Below are positions 24,706-34,270 of a stretch of 37,283 bases of DNA, piece after piece. The position numbers and the translations under genes were made by a program. The notes below the pieces were generated by a model. The model was not told the origin of the DNA and did not search any database. It saw only the letters and a program-made list of their open reading frames with translations. How positions within the stretch are numbered: position 1 is the first letter of the stretch; the number at the start of each line of letters is the position of its first letter. Origin of the DNA: a virus (taxonomy: Duplodnaviria; Caudoviricetes); IMG/VR virus record IMGVR_UViG_3300033067_001749, positions 1 through 37,283 of that record. One strand, given 5' to 3'.

Positions 24706-25440
24706 CTATCCGGTGATAATTTTCCCTCTGAAAACACATTCGCCATTTGAAATAAGGATTGGTTCTAGGGACCCTTTTCCTTTCACCCATGTCACAACTC
24801 CGATGCATTGTTGCCATGTATTGGGAGCATGAATGTGAGCCGTTTTACGAGGGTCAGAACCATGACCAAGACATGCGCTCCATATTTTTCCATCGGAAGC
24901 ATAAGCAAATCTATGAGCATGAAATTGAACGAATTTGACACCATACCTAGTCAAATTGCTGACTGCTATATGCTTATCGAAATAAGTCCCATGATGAAAA
25001 TAAACGTCACCTATTTGACAACTGTCCCATTGATTAAGTGGATGCCAAATAAATTTAACGCCATTTTTCGATCGTTCTTTTAAACGAAGAAGTTCAGGTA
25101 TTGGCTTAATAATCTCATGAATTTCGCGACAATTTTTTGCCACATACCGATGTAATCTCTCGCTGTGGTTACCCTCCAACTGATGAAAATAGCTACCTTT
25201 CTTCATTATAGACTGCCATTCATCTAGCTGTTCATTATAAGCCTCAATTTCATGGAACAACCTAGCTTCTTTATCTACTGGTTTTAGATATGAACTAATA
25301 CCACTCGCGTCCAAAGCATCGCCGCCTTGGATCACGTGATCCGGATTTAATTGTTTTATTAATTTCGTAGCAATATTGATGTATTTGGGATCATGATAAT
25401 TGTAGTGTAAGTCGCTCAGCACAACGGCTACACAATTCAT
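24706..25440 (-). CDS. Calcineurin-like metallophosphoesterase
   Basis: SDLH, GGDALD, EGNH, FHHG, FHAHR motifs; RBS GGAGG. Confidence 0.9.
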   Translation of the reverse strand: MNCVAVVLSDLHYNYHDPKYINIATKLIKQLNPDHVIQGGDALDASGISSYLKPVDKEARLFHEIEAYNEQLDEWQSIMKKGSYFHQLEGNHSERLHRYVAKNCREIHEIIKPIPELLRLKERSKNGVKFIWHPLNQWDSCQIGDVYFHHGTYFDKHIAVSNLTRYGVKFVQFHAHRFAYASDGKIWSACLGHGSDPRKTAHIHAPNTWQQCIGVVTWVKGKGSLEPILISNGECVFRGKIITG

Positions 25441-25467
25441 GAAACCTCCAAGACGGGGTTATTTATA

Positions 25468-25478
25468 ATTTTAGCACG
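25468..25478 (-). promoter_or_regulatory. Putative extended -10 promoter for the phosphoesterase operon
   Basis: Minus strand CGTG-C-TAAAAT about 27 nt upstream of the start codon. Confidence 0.55.
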
Positions 25479-25498
25479 CATATGAGGAAAGATAAAAA

Positions 25499-26167
25499 AT
25501 GAAAAGAGTATGTGCAGAAAGCAGAATCGGCCAAAGATTTGAGAGAATAGTGATTTTAGAGATTTTTTATAGAAAGTTTAAAGGCGGCGGGAAAACAATG
25601 TATGCCAAAACTAGATGTGATTGCGGAAAATTAAAAAATATTGCAGTTCAAAATTTAGTTAAAGGTCATACGAGGTCGTGTGGATGTTATAACAAAGAAG
25701 TTCTTTCGGTCAGATCCAAAAAACATGGTTATAGTAGAACAAGAACCTATCGTATTTGGCGCCATATGCGAAGCAGATGCGAATCTAAAACCCATTCTCG
25801 ATATGCTGAATGGGGTGGCCGAGGAATTACAGTTTGTGAACGATGGAAAAAATTCGAAAACTTTTTAACTGACATGGGAGAAGCTCCTAAAAATGCGAGC
25901 ATTGACAGAATAGATAATAATAAAGGATATTTTTTAGAAAACTGTCGATGGGCAGATGCTTTCATACAAGCCCAAAATAAAAATTGGGACGAAGATCAAG
26001 GCGTAAGAAAACAGCCAAAGTGCAATAATAAATGGAAGGCTAGATTTACTCTTTTTGGGGAAAGGTATGTTTTTTGTGGATTCAATTCAAAAGAAGAGGC
26101 TATTGTTTTTAGAAAGAATAAAATTGATGAAATTAGGCTAATGCACAAAAAATGTGCTAATATTTGA
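25499..26167 (+). CDS. HNH-family homing endonuclease-like protein with AP2-like C-terminus
   Basis: CDCG...TRSCGC, WGGRGITVCERW..FENFLTDMG, IDRIDNNKGY..ENCRWA, then GVR...WKARF...GFNSKEEA. Confidence 0.85.
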   Translation: MKRVCAESRIGQRFERIVILEIFYRKFKGGGKTMYAKTRCDCGKLKNIAVQNLVKGHTRSCGCYNKEVLSVRSKKHGYSRTRTYRIWRHMRSRCESKTHSRYAEWGGRGITVCERWKKFENFLTDMGEAPKNASIDRIDNNKGYFLENCRWADAFIQAQNKNWDEDQGVRKQPKCNNKWKARFTLFGERYVFCGFNSKEEAIVFRKNKIDEIRLMHKKCANI

Positions 26168-26182
26168 CATTAGAGGGTTTGT

Positions 26183-26455
26183 ATGCTTGTGAGATTGATG
26201 ATTAGAACTTCGAAATTTTTATATTTATTTTCGTCGATATGTTTTTTGTTTGATCTTGGCCTGGTTATTTTATCCTGGAAATATGGTGATAATTTTCAAT
26301 TTCACAAAGAAGCTAAACTAGATATTTCTTTTGACCCAAATAGAGTTTGGTGGATTGGATTTGCATGTTTAATGGCCGCATTTTTAATCCGAATTAGAAT
26401 TAAAACAAGACGTGAAAATGATGTGAGAATTTTCAAAATATATTGGATAGGTTAA
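26183..26455 (+). CDS. Two-TM membrane protein
   Basis: RBS GAGGG; two hydrophobic segments; AT-rich. Confidence 0.55.
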   Translation: MLVRLMIRTSKFLYLFSSICFLFDLGLVILSWKYGDNFQFHKEAKLDISFDPNRVWWIGFACLMAAFLIRIRIKTRRENDVRIFKIYWIG

Positions 26456-26458
26456 ATT

Positions 26459-26866
26459 ATGCCCGCAGGTCAGCCTACGAAGTTTCGCCCTGAATATTGC
26501 GCGATGTTGATCGAACACATGTCGCGAGGTCTTTCATTTGAAACATTCGGCGCAAAGATAGATGTATGTAGGGCTACAATCTATAATTGGGAAAAAGAAA
26601 ATCCTGAATTCTTAGACGCCAAAAAAATAGCCTTCGATAAATGTCAACTATTTTGGGAAGAAAAGTGCATTGAGCACATCGTTTCTATCTCTGAAAATGA
26701 AAGAGATGGTCAATATTCTAAGTCATCGACCAAGACGCTAAATACTGGCGCTTGGATTTTCAATATGAAGAATCGATTCAAATGGACCGATAAGTCTGAG
26801 CCTTCAACAGATGATGATAAGCCGATCACACTTGGTTATGATCCAGCAAGACTCGGCGATAAATGA
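26459..26866 (+). CDS. terS: Terminase small subunit
   Basis: MPAGQPTKFRPEYC, HTH (CRATIYNWEKENPEFLDA), WIFNMKNRFKWTDK. Confidence 0.8.
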   Translation: MPAGQPTKFRPEYCAMLIEHMSRGLSFETFGAKIDVCRATIYNWEKENPEFLDAKKIAFDKCQLFWEEKCIEHIVSISENERDGQYSKSSTKTLNTGAWIFNMKNRFKWTDKSEPSTDDDKPITLGYDPARLGDK

Positions 26867-27423
26867 AACTATATCCATTAATTTTATCAAAAGCTAAAAC
26901 TTCAGGACTCAGCCAAGAAGACGCTGAAGATGTCGCGCAAGAAGTAATAATCAGCTGGATGGAGTACGAAAAAAAGCATGGAAAGCAAACAAGTCAAACT
27001 ATCAACCAAGCAATTATCGATGCTAAACGAAAATTGTATGGTCGCACTCGGGAACGCGGCCATACTGCAAAACATGCTTCAAGATTTGGAATCCAAGCCA
27101 ATAATGATGAAGAAAACCAGAACATTATTGAGTCATTGCCAGATCAATCTGAAGGATATTCAGACGTGTTTGAGGAATATAGAAACTATATTGACGACAT
27201 AAAACCAACTCTTTCGTTGAGAGAACAACAAGTAATAGAAATGATAATGGATGACATACCTCAAAGACAAATAGCAGATGTTTGCAGCGTCAATGAAACT
27301 AGAGTTAAACAATATAAAGACAAAATAATAAAAAAATTGAATTCGATTTATTTATTTTGGCAAAGAAAAGAGATGATTGAAGAAGATCGGACGTGTGTGC
27401 AAATAGATTGGATTTGCATATGA
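26863..27423 (+). CDS. Sigma70/ECF-like RNA polymerase sigma factor
   Basis: Region 2-like QEDAEDVAQEVII...AIIDAKRK; region 4-like LSLREQQVIEM...QRQIADVCSVNETRVKQ. Confidence 0.75.
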   Translation: MKLYPLILSKAKTSGLSQEDAEDVAQEVIISWMEYEKKHGKQTSQTINQAIIDAKRKLYGRTRERGHTAKHASRFGIQANNDEENQNIIESLPDQSEGYSDVFEEYRNYIDDIKPTLSLREQQVIEMIMDDIPQRQIADVCSVNETRVKQYKDKIIKKLNSIYLFWQRKEMIEEDRTCVQIDWICI

Positions 27424-28169
27424 GGCAGCTTAATCAAAATGAAATAAGCTTCCTAAAGAGAAATTGCACAAAAATGTTTTTAAAAGACATAGCAAAAGAA
27501 TTTAACGTCAAACCTGCAGCCTTAACATATTTTTGTAAGAAAAATAAAATACACGGCAGAGCCAAAAAGGGCGCATGGAATTCAAAACACTCGCATTTGA
27601 GAAAAGATGTTTTGACATATTTCATGGGTCATTCTTTTGAAGAAACACAAAAGACGTTTAAATTAAGTAAATCAGAACTGAAAAGCTTGTTTGCGGCAGC
27701 CTACCGAGACAAAACATTATTACATTTAAGAAAAGATTCTCGAACAAAAGAGCCGTTTGATATAAAAACAACGATAAAAATGGTCAAAATGTTGGGCCTT
27801 ATTTCGAGAAAAGATGTTGCTATAAAATTGAAAAGAGGAAAAACACATTATGTAGTTCGCGATAGACTCAAAAAAATGAACGCAGAAGAAACGAGGTATT
27901 TGAATGGGATATCTGAAAGGTGGGCAAAACAATTATTTGGTATTTCAAATGTTGGAATTAAGACAAAAGCATGTCCAAAAAACTTCGAATCGATCATTAT
28001 TCCGTGGGTTGATCTTGAATATCGATTATCAAAAATGGACGTCGACGACACCCTTGCTCGCTGCGTGAAATCAATGGCGAGATTTCAAAGATGGATATAT
28101 AACTCCAACAGCAGACACTACATAATTAAGCAAATTAAGAAGGTGATAAATGACTCAACTCCAAAATAA
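27420..28169 (+). CDS. Basic multi-HTH-like protein of unknown function
   Basis: Start reassigned to ATG 27420 (ATGA overlap); LKDIAKEFNVKPAALTYF and RKDVAIKLKRG HTH-like segments; very Lys/Arg-rich. Confidence 0.65.
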   Translation: MRQLNQNEISFLKRNCTKMFLKDIAKEFNVKPAALTYFCKKNKIHGRAKKGAWNSKHSHLRKDVLTYFMGHSFEETQKTFKLSKSELKSLFAAAYRDKTLLHLRKDSRTKEPFDIKTTIKMVKMLGLISRKDVAIKLKRGKTHYVVRDRLKKMNAEETRYLNGISERWAKQLFGISNVGIKTKACPKNFESIIIPWVDLEYRLSKMDVDDTLARCVKSMARFQRWIYNSNSRHYIIKQIKKVINDSTPK

Positions 28170-28350
28170 AAATGAAGTTTTTAATACAAAAAACATCGTT
28201 CAAAAACTTGAAACATATATGGATAGAGTCACCGAGAACGAATGCACTCCAGCGACAGTTACGGCGGCAGTTTCTTGTGCCGATAAAATCGTGGACATTT
28301 TGAGACTTCACTTGGAAGTTGAAAGATTGAACATCAAACGTTCAAAATAA
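28150..28350 (+). CDS. Small helical hypothetical protein
   Basis: 66 aa, RBS AAGGTG. Confidence 0.7.
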   Translation: MTQLQNKNEVFNTKNIVQKLETYMDRVTENECTPATVTAAVSCADKIVDILRLHLEVERLNIKRSK

Positions 28351-28371
28351 TATAGCGAGATTCATTTAAAA

Positions 28372-29721
28372 ATGATCGCAAACTCAACGCCTTCATTTGC
28401 TGAGTTCAATCCAACCGTAATCCCAATGCAAGCGGACGTTCTCAGGCGAATCAGGGATGCAAATTACTCTCTTGGAACGCACGAGATTTTGCTCTCAGGC
28501 TCTGTCGGATCAGCGAAGTCCATCCTTATGGCGCATGTAGTAGTTAGGCATTGCCTAGAGAACTCTAGAGCTCGCGTATTGATTGGCCGCAGGGCTTTAC
28601 CAGATTTGAAAGACACTTTATTCACGAAGATCTTAGAGCATCTGGAAGACATACCTGCCACTAAGTTCAAGGTCAATTACTCTTCGGCACGAATCAGGTT
28701 TAGCAATGGTTCGGAGATCATAAGCAGATCGTGGGCTGACAAACATTACTCGAAGCTCAGGTCTCTTGAACTTTCCATGGCGGCAATCGAGGAGTTGACT
28801 GAGAACGACGGCGATGACGAACAGGCTTACCACGAGATCAAAATGCGCGTTGGACGCCTTCCCCACATCAAGACGCCTTTGATCATATCCGCGACAAACC
28901 CAGATAGCCCAGGACACTGGGCTTATAAGTATTTCATACAACCTGAATCACATCCAACTAGGCATGTGTTCTACTCGCGTACCGAAGACAATCCATTCCT
29001 ACCGCGCTCCTATATCGAGCAGCTCAAAGCGGACATGGACCCTAAGACCGCACTGCGAATGCTCTACGGTCAATGGGTCGAAATTAGAGGCGAGGTCGTC
29101 TACTATGAATACAATCGAGATTCCCAATTCCGGAATCTGGAATATCAAATTAACAAACAGCATCCGATCATTCTTACCTGGGACTTTAACATCGGTGAAG
29201 GCAAGCCTATGTCGATGGCTTGTATGCAGTATATCAATGACACTTTTCACGTGTTCGACGAGGTCATCATATCCGGCTCGAGAACCGCTGATACCATCGA
29301 AGAGCTCGACGGCAAAGGATTGCTGCAAAAAGACTGCAAATATATCATCTGCGGCGACGCCTCAGGCAAACACCGTGACACTAGGTCATCGCAATCGGAC
29401 TATGATATCATCAGAAAAGAGCTATCGAATCGTAATCTCTCATTCGAGTATCACGTGCCGTTAAGCAATCCACCCGTGCGAACTAGGCACAACAGGGTCA
29501 ATGCGTACTGTCAGAATATGAACGGCGACGTGAGACTATTTATTTATAAAAACGCAAAAACCTGCGACGAAGCTATGAGACTTACCAAGTTAAAATCTGG
29601 CGCAAGTTATATCGAAGATGACTCGAAGGCTTACCAGCATGTCGGAACTGCGATAGGTTATGCTATCATTTTCGAATCAAACAAAGCGCAGCGCAAACCA
29701 CAAGGAACAACTTTCTTATGA
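28372..29721 (+). CDS. terL: Terminase large subunit (PBSX/Terminase_3-like)
   Basis: Walker A SGSVGSAKS, Walker B AAIEE, ATNPDSPGHW, DNPFLP..YI, nuclease WDFN. Confidence 0.93.
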   Translation: MIANSTPSFAEFNPTVIPMQADVLRRIRDANYSLGTHEILLSGSVGSAKSILMAHVVVRHCLENSRARVLIGRRALPDLKDTLFTKILEHLEDIPATKFKVNYSSARIRFSNGSEIISRSWADKHYSKLRSLELSMAAIEELTENDGDDEQAYHEIKMRVGRLPHIKTPLIISATNPDSPGHWAYKYFIQPESHPTRHVFYSRTEDNPFLPRSYIEQLKADMDPKTALRMLYGQWVEIRGEVVYYEYNRDSQFRNLEYQINKQHPIILTWDFNIGEGKPMSMACMQYINDTFHVFDEVIISGSRTADTIEELDGKGLLQKDCKYIICGDASGKHRDTRSSQSDYDIIRKELSNRNLSFEYHVPLSNPPVRTRHNRVNAYCQNMNGDVRLFIYKNAKTCDEAMRLTKLKSGASYIEDDSKAYQHVGTAIGYAIIFESNKAQRKPQGTTFL

Positions 29722-31118
29722 TTACTCCTAAACAGGTCAATGAACTTGTAAAAAAATTCGAGCCCTATTTGCGCCATAACTTTGAATTGATCGATATCCT
29801 AGAGGGAAACCTCCTTTGTTATATCGAGAAAGACCTTAAGAAAGATATGTCGCCACAGTCATATGAACAGGCGCGCACGCGTATGGTTCCGATCAACATG
29901 CTGCCAAAGATCATCGACAAGCTAACTAATATCTACCACTCTGGCGTCGTTAGGGAAGTGGTCGATGGAACGGATGCGGATAAAGAACTACTCGCTTGGT
30001 ATGAGGACAAGCTCGATATCAACCAGAAAATGAACATGGCAAACGAGATGTTCAATCTATGCAAGGCCATGACAATCCATCCTTACGTCAACAATGGCGA
30101 GCCTAAGATTAGAATTGTCACTAACGATAAATTTATTCCATACTCTTCCGACGTTGTGGAGCCAGAAGAGCCTACCGACATGGTGATTCTCGCCGGTAGA
30201 ATGGATGAAAAAGATATTTACTACGTTTACAGTGACGAGACGTTTTACATTTCAGATAGTACGGAAGCAATTCGCACCGATTTGATGGCGCAATTAAATA
30301 ATGATGGGATTAACCCCATTGGCAGGCTTCCATTTGTCTACGCCGTCGATTCTCATTGCGAACGCCTTATTCCTGTTCAAGATACCGATACTATGAAGAT
30401 GGTAAAAGTCGTACCAATTATGCTCACGGATTTAAACTTTGCAGCAAAATTCCAATGCTTCTCGATTATTTATGGCATTAACCTCGACGATGAAGGCATC
30501 GTGATGTCTCCGAATGCTGTATGGAAGTTTAAAACTGACGGCACGGAAGGACAAAAACCGGAGCTCGGGACAATTAAACCAACGGTTGATTATGATCAAG
30601 CACTGAAATTGATTGAATCAGAATTGTCTATGTGGCTTGGCACAAAAGGCATCAGACCTGGATCGATTGGCCAATTGACAGCAGACAACATCGCGTCTGG
30701 CATCAGTAAAGTGATTGACGAGATGGATACTTTCGAGGCTCGCCAATCTCAAGTGACCGTGTTTATGGACGTCGAAGAAGATCTATGGGACTTGATCTTT
30801 AACTACATGCATCCGTACTGGGTAAAAAATGGACTCATAGACAATACACAGCTATGGTCAAGCGCCAAGGCGAAAGTAAAAACGACTTTTGCGGTTCAAC
30901 TTCCCCTCCAGTCGCGCGGCCAATTGGTGACAGATCTTCAAAATGAGGTCGCATCTGGATTTATCACAAGAAAAGCAGCGATCATGAAGCTAAACCCAGA
31001 GATGACAAACGATCAGGTGGAAGAGCTCATGTCTGAAATTGATGCAGAACGTGGGTTTAATATTCCACAGTCGGATACTCAACCAGTTCAAGCGGATACC
31101 CAAACTTTGGGGGCATAG
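29718..31118 (+). CDS. Portal protein (SPP1 gp6-like)
   Basis: 466 aa after TerL; INMLPKIIDK, NPIGRLPFV, ASGIS motifs. Confidence 0.85.
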   Translation: MITPKQVNELVKKFEPYLRHNFELIDILEGNLLCYIEKDLKKDMSPQSYEQARTRMVPINMLPKIIDKLTNIYHSGVVREVVDGTDADKELLAWYEDKLDINQKMNMANEMFNLCKAMTIHPYVNNGEPKIRIVTNDKFIPYSSDVVEPEEPTDMVILAGRMDEKDIYYVYSDETFYISDSTEAIRTDLMAQLNNDGINPIGRLPFVYAVDSHCERLIPVQDTDTMKMVKVVPIMLTDLNFAAKFQCFSIIYGINLDDEGIVMSPNAVWKFKTDGTEGQKPELGTIKPTVDYDQALKLIESELSMWLGTKGIRPGSIGQLTADNIASGISKVIDEMDTFEARQSQVTVFMDVEEDLWDLIFNYMHPYWVKNGLIDNTQLWSSAKAKVKTTFAVQLPLQSRGQLVTDLQNEVASGFITRKAAIMKLNPEMTNDQVEELMSEIDAERGFNIPQSDTQPVQADTQTLGA

Positions 31119-31553
31119 ATGGCCTGGCAAAAAGTCTCGATAGACATCTCAGAGTTTGATCTCAAGCCACAGCAGCGCGTGGATTTGGCGGACCTCGTGA
31201 TAGAGCACATCTTTGACCGTACTTCGCGAGGCTTGGACAAGAACGGCAGACCATTCCCCAAATACTCGAAAGAATATATTAATAGCGTCGACTTCAAGGC
31301 GGCCGGAAAAAGTAAGGGGAAAGTTAACTTGCAGCTTTCAGGCGATATGCTTGCGGCGATGAAACTTCTAAGTGAGAGCAAGAAGAAAATCACTATCGGG
31401 TTTGAGGATGAAACGCCTGAAAACGCCAAAGCCGAGTGGAATATCAAAGGTACATATGGGCAGAAAACTTCCACAGGTAAAAAGCGCGATTTCTTGGGGA
31501 TTCAATCAAAGAAGCTGAAAGAACTAATTGATGAGGTCACTAATGGCGATTAA
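31119..31553 (+). CDS. Virion morphogenesis-family protein, paralogue 1
   Basis: GLDKNGRPFPKYS..Y, VNLQLSGDML, ITIGF, RDFLGI, resembling Mu gpG / P2 gpS-type proteins. Confidence 0.6.
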   Translation: MAWQKVSIDISEFDLKPQQRVDLADLVIEHIFDRTSRGLDKNGRPFPKYSKEYINSVDFKAAGKSKGKVNLQLSGDMLAAMKLLSESKKKITIGFEDETPENAKAEWNIKGTYGQKTSTGKKRDFLGIQSKKLKELIDEVTNGD

Positions 31554-32046
31554 GAGTGGCGTCAGGAGCATGGAAGAGATTGTTTCTAGCCTCAAGGCGG
31601 GAATTAATGAAGCTACTAAGCCAGCCGTAGTGAAGTCTCTCGCCGAGATCTCCATCAAGATTATTGTAAAGAGGACACGGCTTGGGTACGGTGTTGATTC
31701 ATTTCTTGGGACTAAGAAGAAATTAAATGCCTTAAGTGAAAGATATGTGGAGAGACGCAGAAAATCAAAGCTTTCACCGCTAACGTCACCCAAGAAATCA
31801 AATTTAACTTTTACGGGACAAATGCTCGATAGCGTTAAAATATTAGAGACTAAACAGAAGGGCATAATCATCGGGCCAAGTGGACAGCGATCAAATTCAG
31901 AACAAACAAACGCGGAAATAATGGCGTATAACGAGGAACGTGGTAGAGTGTTTCTAAATCTCTCAGATTTGGAATATGCGCAAGTGTTTCGCGAGTACCG
32001 ACGAACGTTCGGTGACTTGCTTAAAAAACGTGGGCTGTTGAAATAA
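31543..32046 (+). CDS. Virion morphogenesis-family protein, paralogue 2
   Basis: Start reassigned to ATG 31543 (RBS GAGG); LSERYVERR, SNLTFTGQML, IIIG, RVFLNLS. Confidence 0.6.
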   Translation: MAIKSGVRSMEEIVSSLKAGINEATKPAVVKSLAEISIKIIVKRTRLGYGVDSFLGTKKKLNALSERYVERRRKSKLSPLTSPKKSNLTFTGQMLDSVKILETKQKGIIIGPSGQRSNSEQTNAEIMAYNEERGRVFLNLSDLEYAQVFREYRRTFGDLLKKRGLLK

Positions 32047-32067
32047 ATTTTCACATGGGGTATTCTA

Positions 32068-32652
32068 ATGTCAGATCAAGTACAAAATGACTCCGCGAGT
32101 CAACCTAATTCGGCAGTGCCGAATGGGAGCAATCAGAATCCTGCAGATCTTGTTTCAGAAGAGTGGCGTAAGCGTATTCTTAGCGAGAAGAAAAAAGTTC
32201 AGGAAGAACGTGATTTACTTCGAGCTGAAAAAGAAGAGCGTGAACGTAAAGACTTAGAGGCTAGAGGCGAATACCAGAAGCTAATTGAATTAGCTAAGGC
32301 AGAAGCCGACGCAGCTAAAAATCGTCTGAAAGAAATCGAGGAAGAAAGATTGCAAGGCAAGAAGGCAGCAGCGCTGCTCAAAGCACTTGATAATTCATTG
32401 CCAGATAAATTTTATGGGTTTCTGAATCTTGATGATGTCGTTATCGACCCATCGTCAGGCGAGATCAACCAGCTCTCAGTGACTAAAGCTGCGGAACAAT
32501 TCAAGACGAATTATCCAGAGCTTCTTATCAAGAGAGATGGACCAAGATTTCCGAATGCCGCGCCTCAGGGCAGCGGTAAATTGACTAGGGAAGAATGGCT
32601 TAAATTGCCTGTCGACGAGATGAAGAAACGCAGAAAAGAACTCGTAGATTAG
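32068..32652 (+). CDS. Capsid scaffolding protein
   Basis: Charged coiled coil with GEYQKL motif, low-complexity N-terminus, directly before the capsid gene. Confidence 0.85.
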   Translation: MSDQVQNDSASQPNSAVPNGSNQNPADLVSEEWRKRILSEKKKVQEERDLLRAEKEERERKDLEARGEYQKLIELAKAEADAAKNRLKEIEEERLQGKKAAALLKALDNSLPDKFYGFLNLDDVVIDPSSGEINQLSVTKAAEQFKTNYPELLIKRDGPRFPNAAPQGSGKLTREEWLKLPVDEMKKRRKELVD

Positions 32653-32708
32653 CGTGTAAGTTCAATTTTTGAATTAAATTTTATATTTAAAACCAAGGAG
32701 GGTTTTTA

Positions 32709-33593
32709 ATGTCTAACAGCACTTTAACCGAAGTAGCGGCACAGGTTCAGCATTACTGGTCACCTATTTTTACAAAGCAACTTCGCGGTAGCTTGCTTCT
32801 CGGCTCACTCGTTAACAAACAATACCAAGGTTCGATCAACCGCGGCGGCGACCGTGTTCGTGTCAGCCAAATCAATGCGCCAACAGGCCAACTCTTGACT
32901 ATCGGTACCGATGCGGATTCCTTCTCGTCTGAAGCTATCTCGACAAGCTATGTCGATATCGTAGCAAACAAACGCGCTGTTGCTTCTTACACATTCGAAG
33001 ACCTTGTGTCTTTGCAATCGCAGATCAGTCAAGAAAACCCAGAAGTCATGGAAGCATTGAATTACGCACTTCAAAGCCAAATCAATACTTATCTGTATTC
33101 TTTGGTTGCAGCTTCGACATCTTCACCTGACCACAACATCGCGTCGGTCACAGACTTCAACGCGGCCCAATTGTCCGGTGCTCGCCTTCTCGCATCGACA
33201 GCGAAATGGCGCATGGATCCAGGTTGGTACTGTATCGTAGACCCTAGCTACATGTCTGACATCCAAAACGCGGCGACTTTGACAAGCTCCGACTATAACG
33301 GCGGTGAAGCTGTTGTCGTTTCCGGTCAAGTTGCGACTAAGCGCTTCGGATTCAACATCCTTGAAGACAACAACATGAGAAGCACCAACGGCGCGACTGT
33401 CGTCGACCACGCGTTGCTTTTCCACCCAGATTTCATGCATCTAGTCATGCAGTCAGAAGTTCAAGTCAAGATCTCTGACCTCCACGCACTAGGTCAGTTT
33501 GGTGTTAAGATGTCGGTCGATTTGATCTTCGGCGCGGCTCTCGGCATCGACGGCGCTAAGAAACATATTCAGGTTTATAACTCGGCATGGTAA
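32709..33593 (+). CDS. Major capsid protein (HK97 fold, P22-coat-like)
   Basis: Strong RBS AAGGAGG; WS...L, YQGSI..GGDRVRV, G...KRFGFNILEDN, LLFHPD, D.IFG. Confidence 0.88.
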   Translation: MSNSTLTEVAAQVQHYWSPIFTKQLRGSLLLGSLVNKQYQGSINRGGDRVRVSQINAPTGQLLTIGTDADSFSSEAISTSYVDIVANKRAVASYTFEDLVSLQSQISQENPEVMEALNYALQSQINTYLYSLVAASTSSPDHNIASVTDFNAAQLSGARLLASTAKWRMDPGWYCIVDPSYMSDIQNAATLTSSDYNGGEAVVVSGQVATKRFGFNILEDNNMRSTNGATVVDHALLFHPDFMHLVMQSEVQVKISDLHALGQFGVKMSVDLIFGAALGIDGAKKHIQVYNSAW

Positions 33594-33790
33594 TTTTTGA
33601 TTCTCTTAACCAATATCAGTCTTTAGAGCAAATCACCGCTAATTCTCCGGAAGAGTTGGTGATTGCTCTGAAGCAGATTAGAACACCGATCACGATCGTG
33701 GCTATTGTCGCGCTTGGTGCAAGGCATGTGGCTTATATCATGGGCGACATTCGCAAGAACGAACCGAAACAAAAACAAACTAAAAAATAA
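33587..33790 (+). CDS. Small hypothetical protein in the capsid operon
   Basis: 67-aa ORF overlapping the capsid stop and filling the gap. Confidence 0.6.
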   Translation: MVIFDSLNQYQSLEQITANSPEELVIALKQIRTPITIVAIVALGARHVAYIMGDIRKNEPKQKQTKK

Positions 33791-33796
33791 GAGGTA

Positions 33797-34243
33797 ATGA
33801 ATATGACAGCACTCGCCAAATCATTGACGGTAGGACCAGAGTTCAAAAATAGATTCAACGTTGCACGCGCTACTTATGATTTCTCGGTAGATGCAGGCGG
33901 AACGGGCGCTCTCGATATTTTCGTAGCCGGTTCAGATATCGTAATCACAAACTTTTATGCTTACGTTAAAACGACTTGCACATCTGGTGGATCAGCAACA
34001 GTTGCAGTTGGCGTAACCGGCTCGACAAGTGCATTTGTCACAACCACAACTGGTGCGGTTGCAAATTTGACAGCGAACGCTGTTCTTCAACCGGTCGTCG
34101 TATTGACAGAAGGCACACCAAACACTGCGGCTTTCCCTCTTCCACGTCGCCTCGCTTCTGGCGACAAAGTTCTTATGACGATCGGCACGGCAGCTTTGAC
34201 CGCCGGTAAAATCGAATTTGTGATCGAATACGCTTCGGCTTAA
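33797..34243 (+). CDS. Putative capsid decoration / spike-base protein
   Basis: RBS GAGG; beta-rich with TSGGSATVAVG and AALTAGKIEFVIEY; before a terminator, so likely expressed at capsid level. Confidence 0.6.
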   Translation: MNMTALAKSLTVGPEFKNRFNVARATYDFSVDAGGTGALDIFVAGSDIVITNFYAYVKTTCTSGGSATVAVGVTGSTSAFVTTTTGAVANLTANAVLQPVVVLTEGTPNTAAFPLPRRLASGDKVLMTIGTAALTAGKIEFVIEYASA

Positions 34244-34270
34244 TAGATAATTTCTGGTGATTACTAAATA

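Noticed and set aside
28964-29464. 166-aa alternate-frame ORF inside terL
   Set aside because: Ser/Arg/Thr-rich composition typical of an off-frame shadow; no RBS or motif
32038-32066. TTGAAA-N17-TATTCT promoter before the scaffold gene
   Set aside because: The -10 ends 1 nt before the ATG, so the transcript would start inside the gene; it could serve the capsid gene but is unsupported
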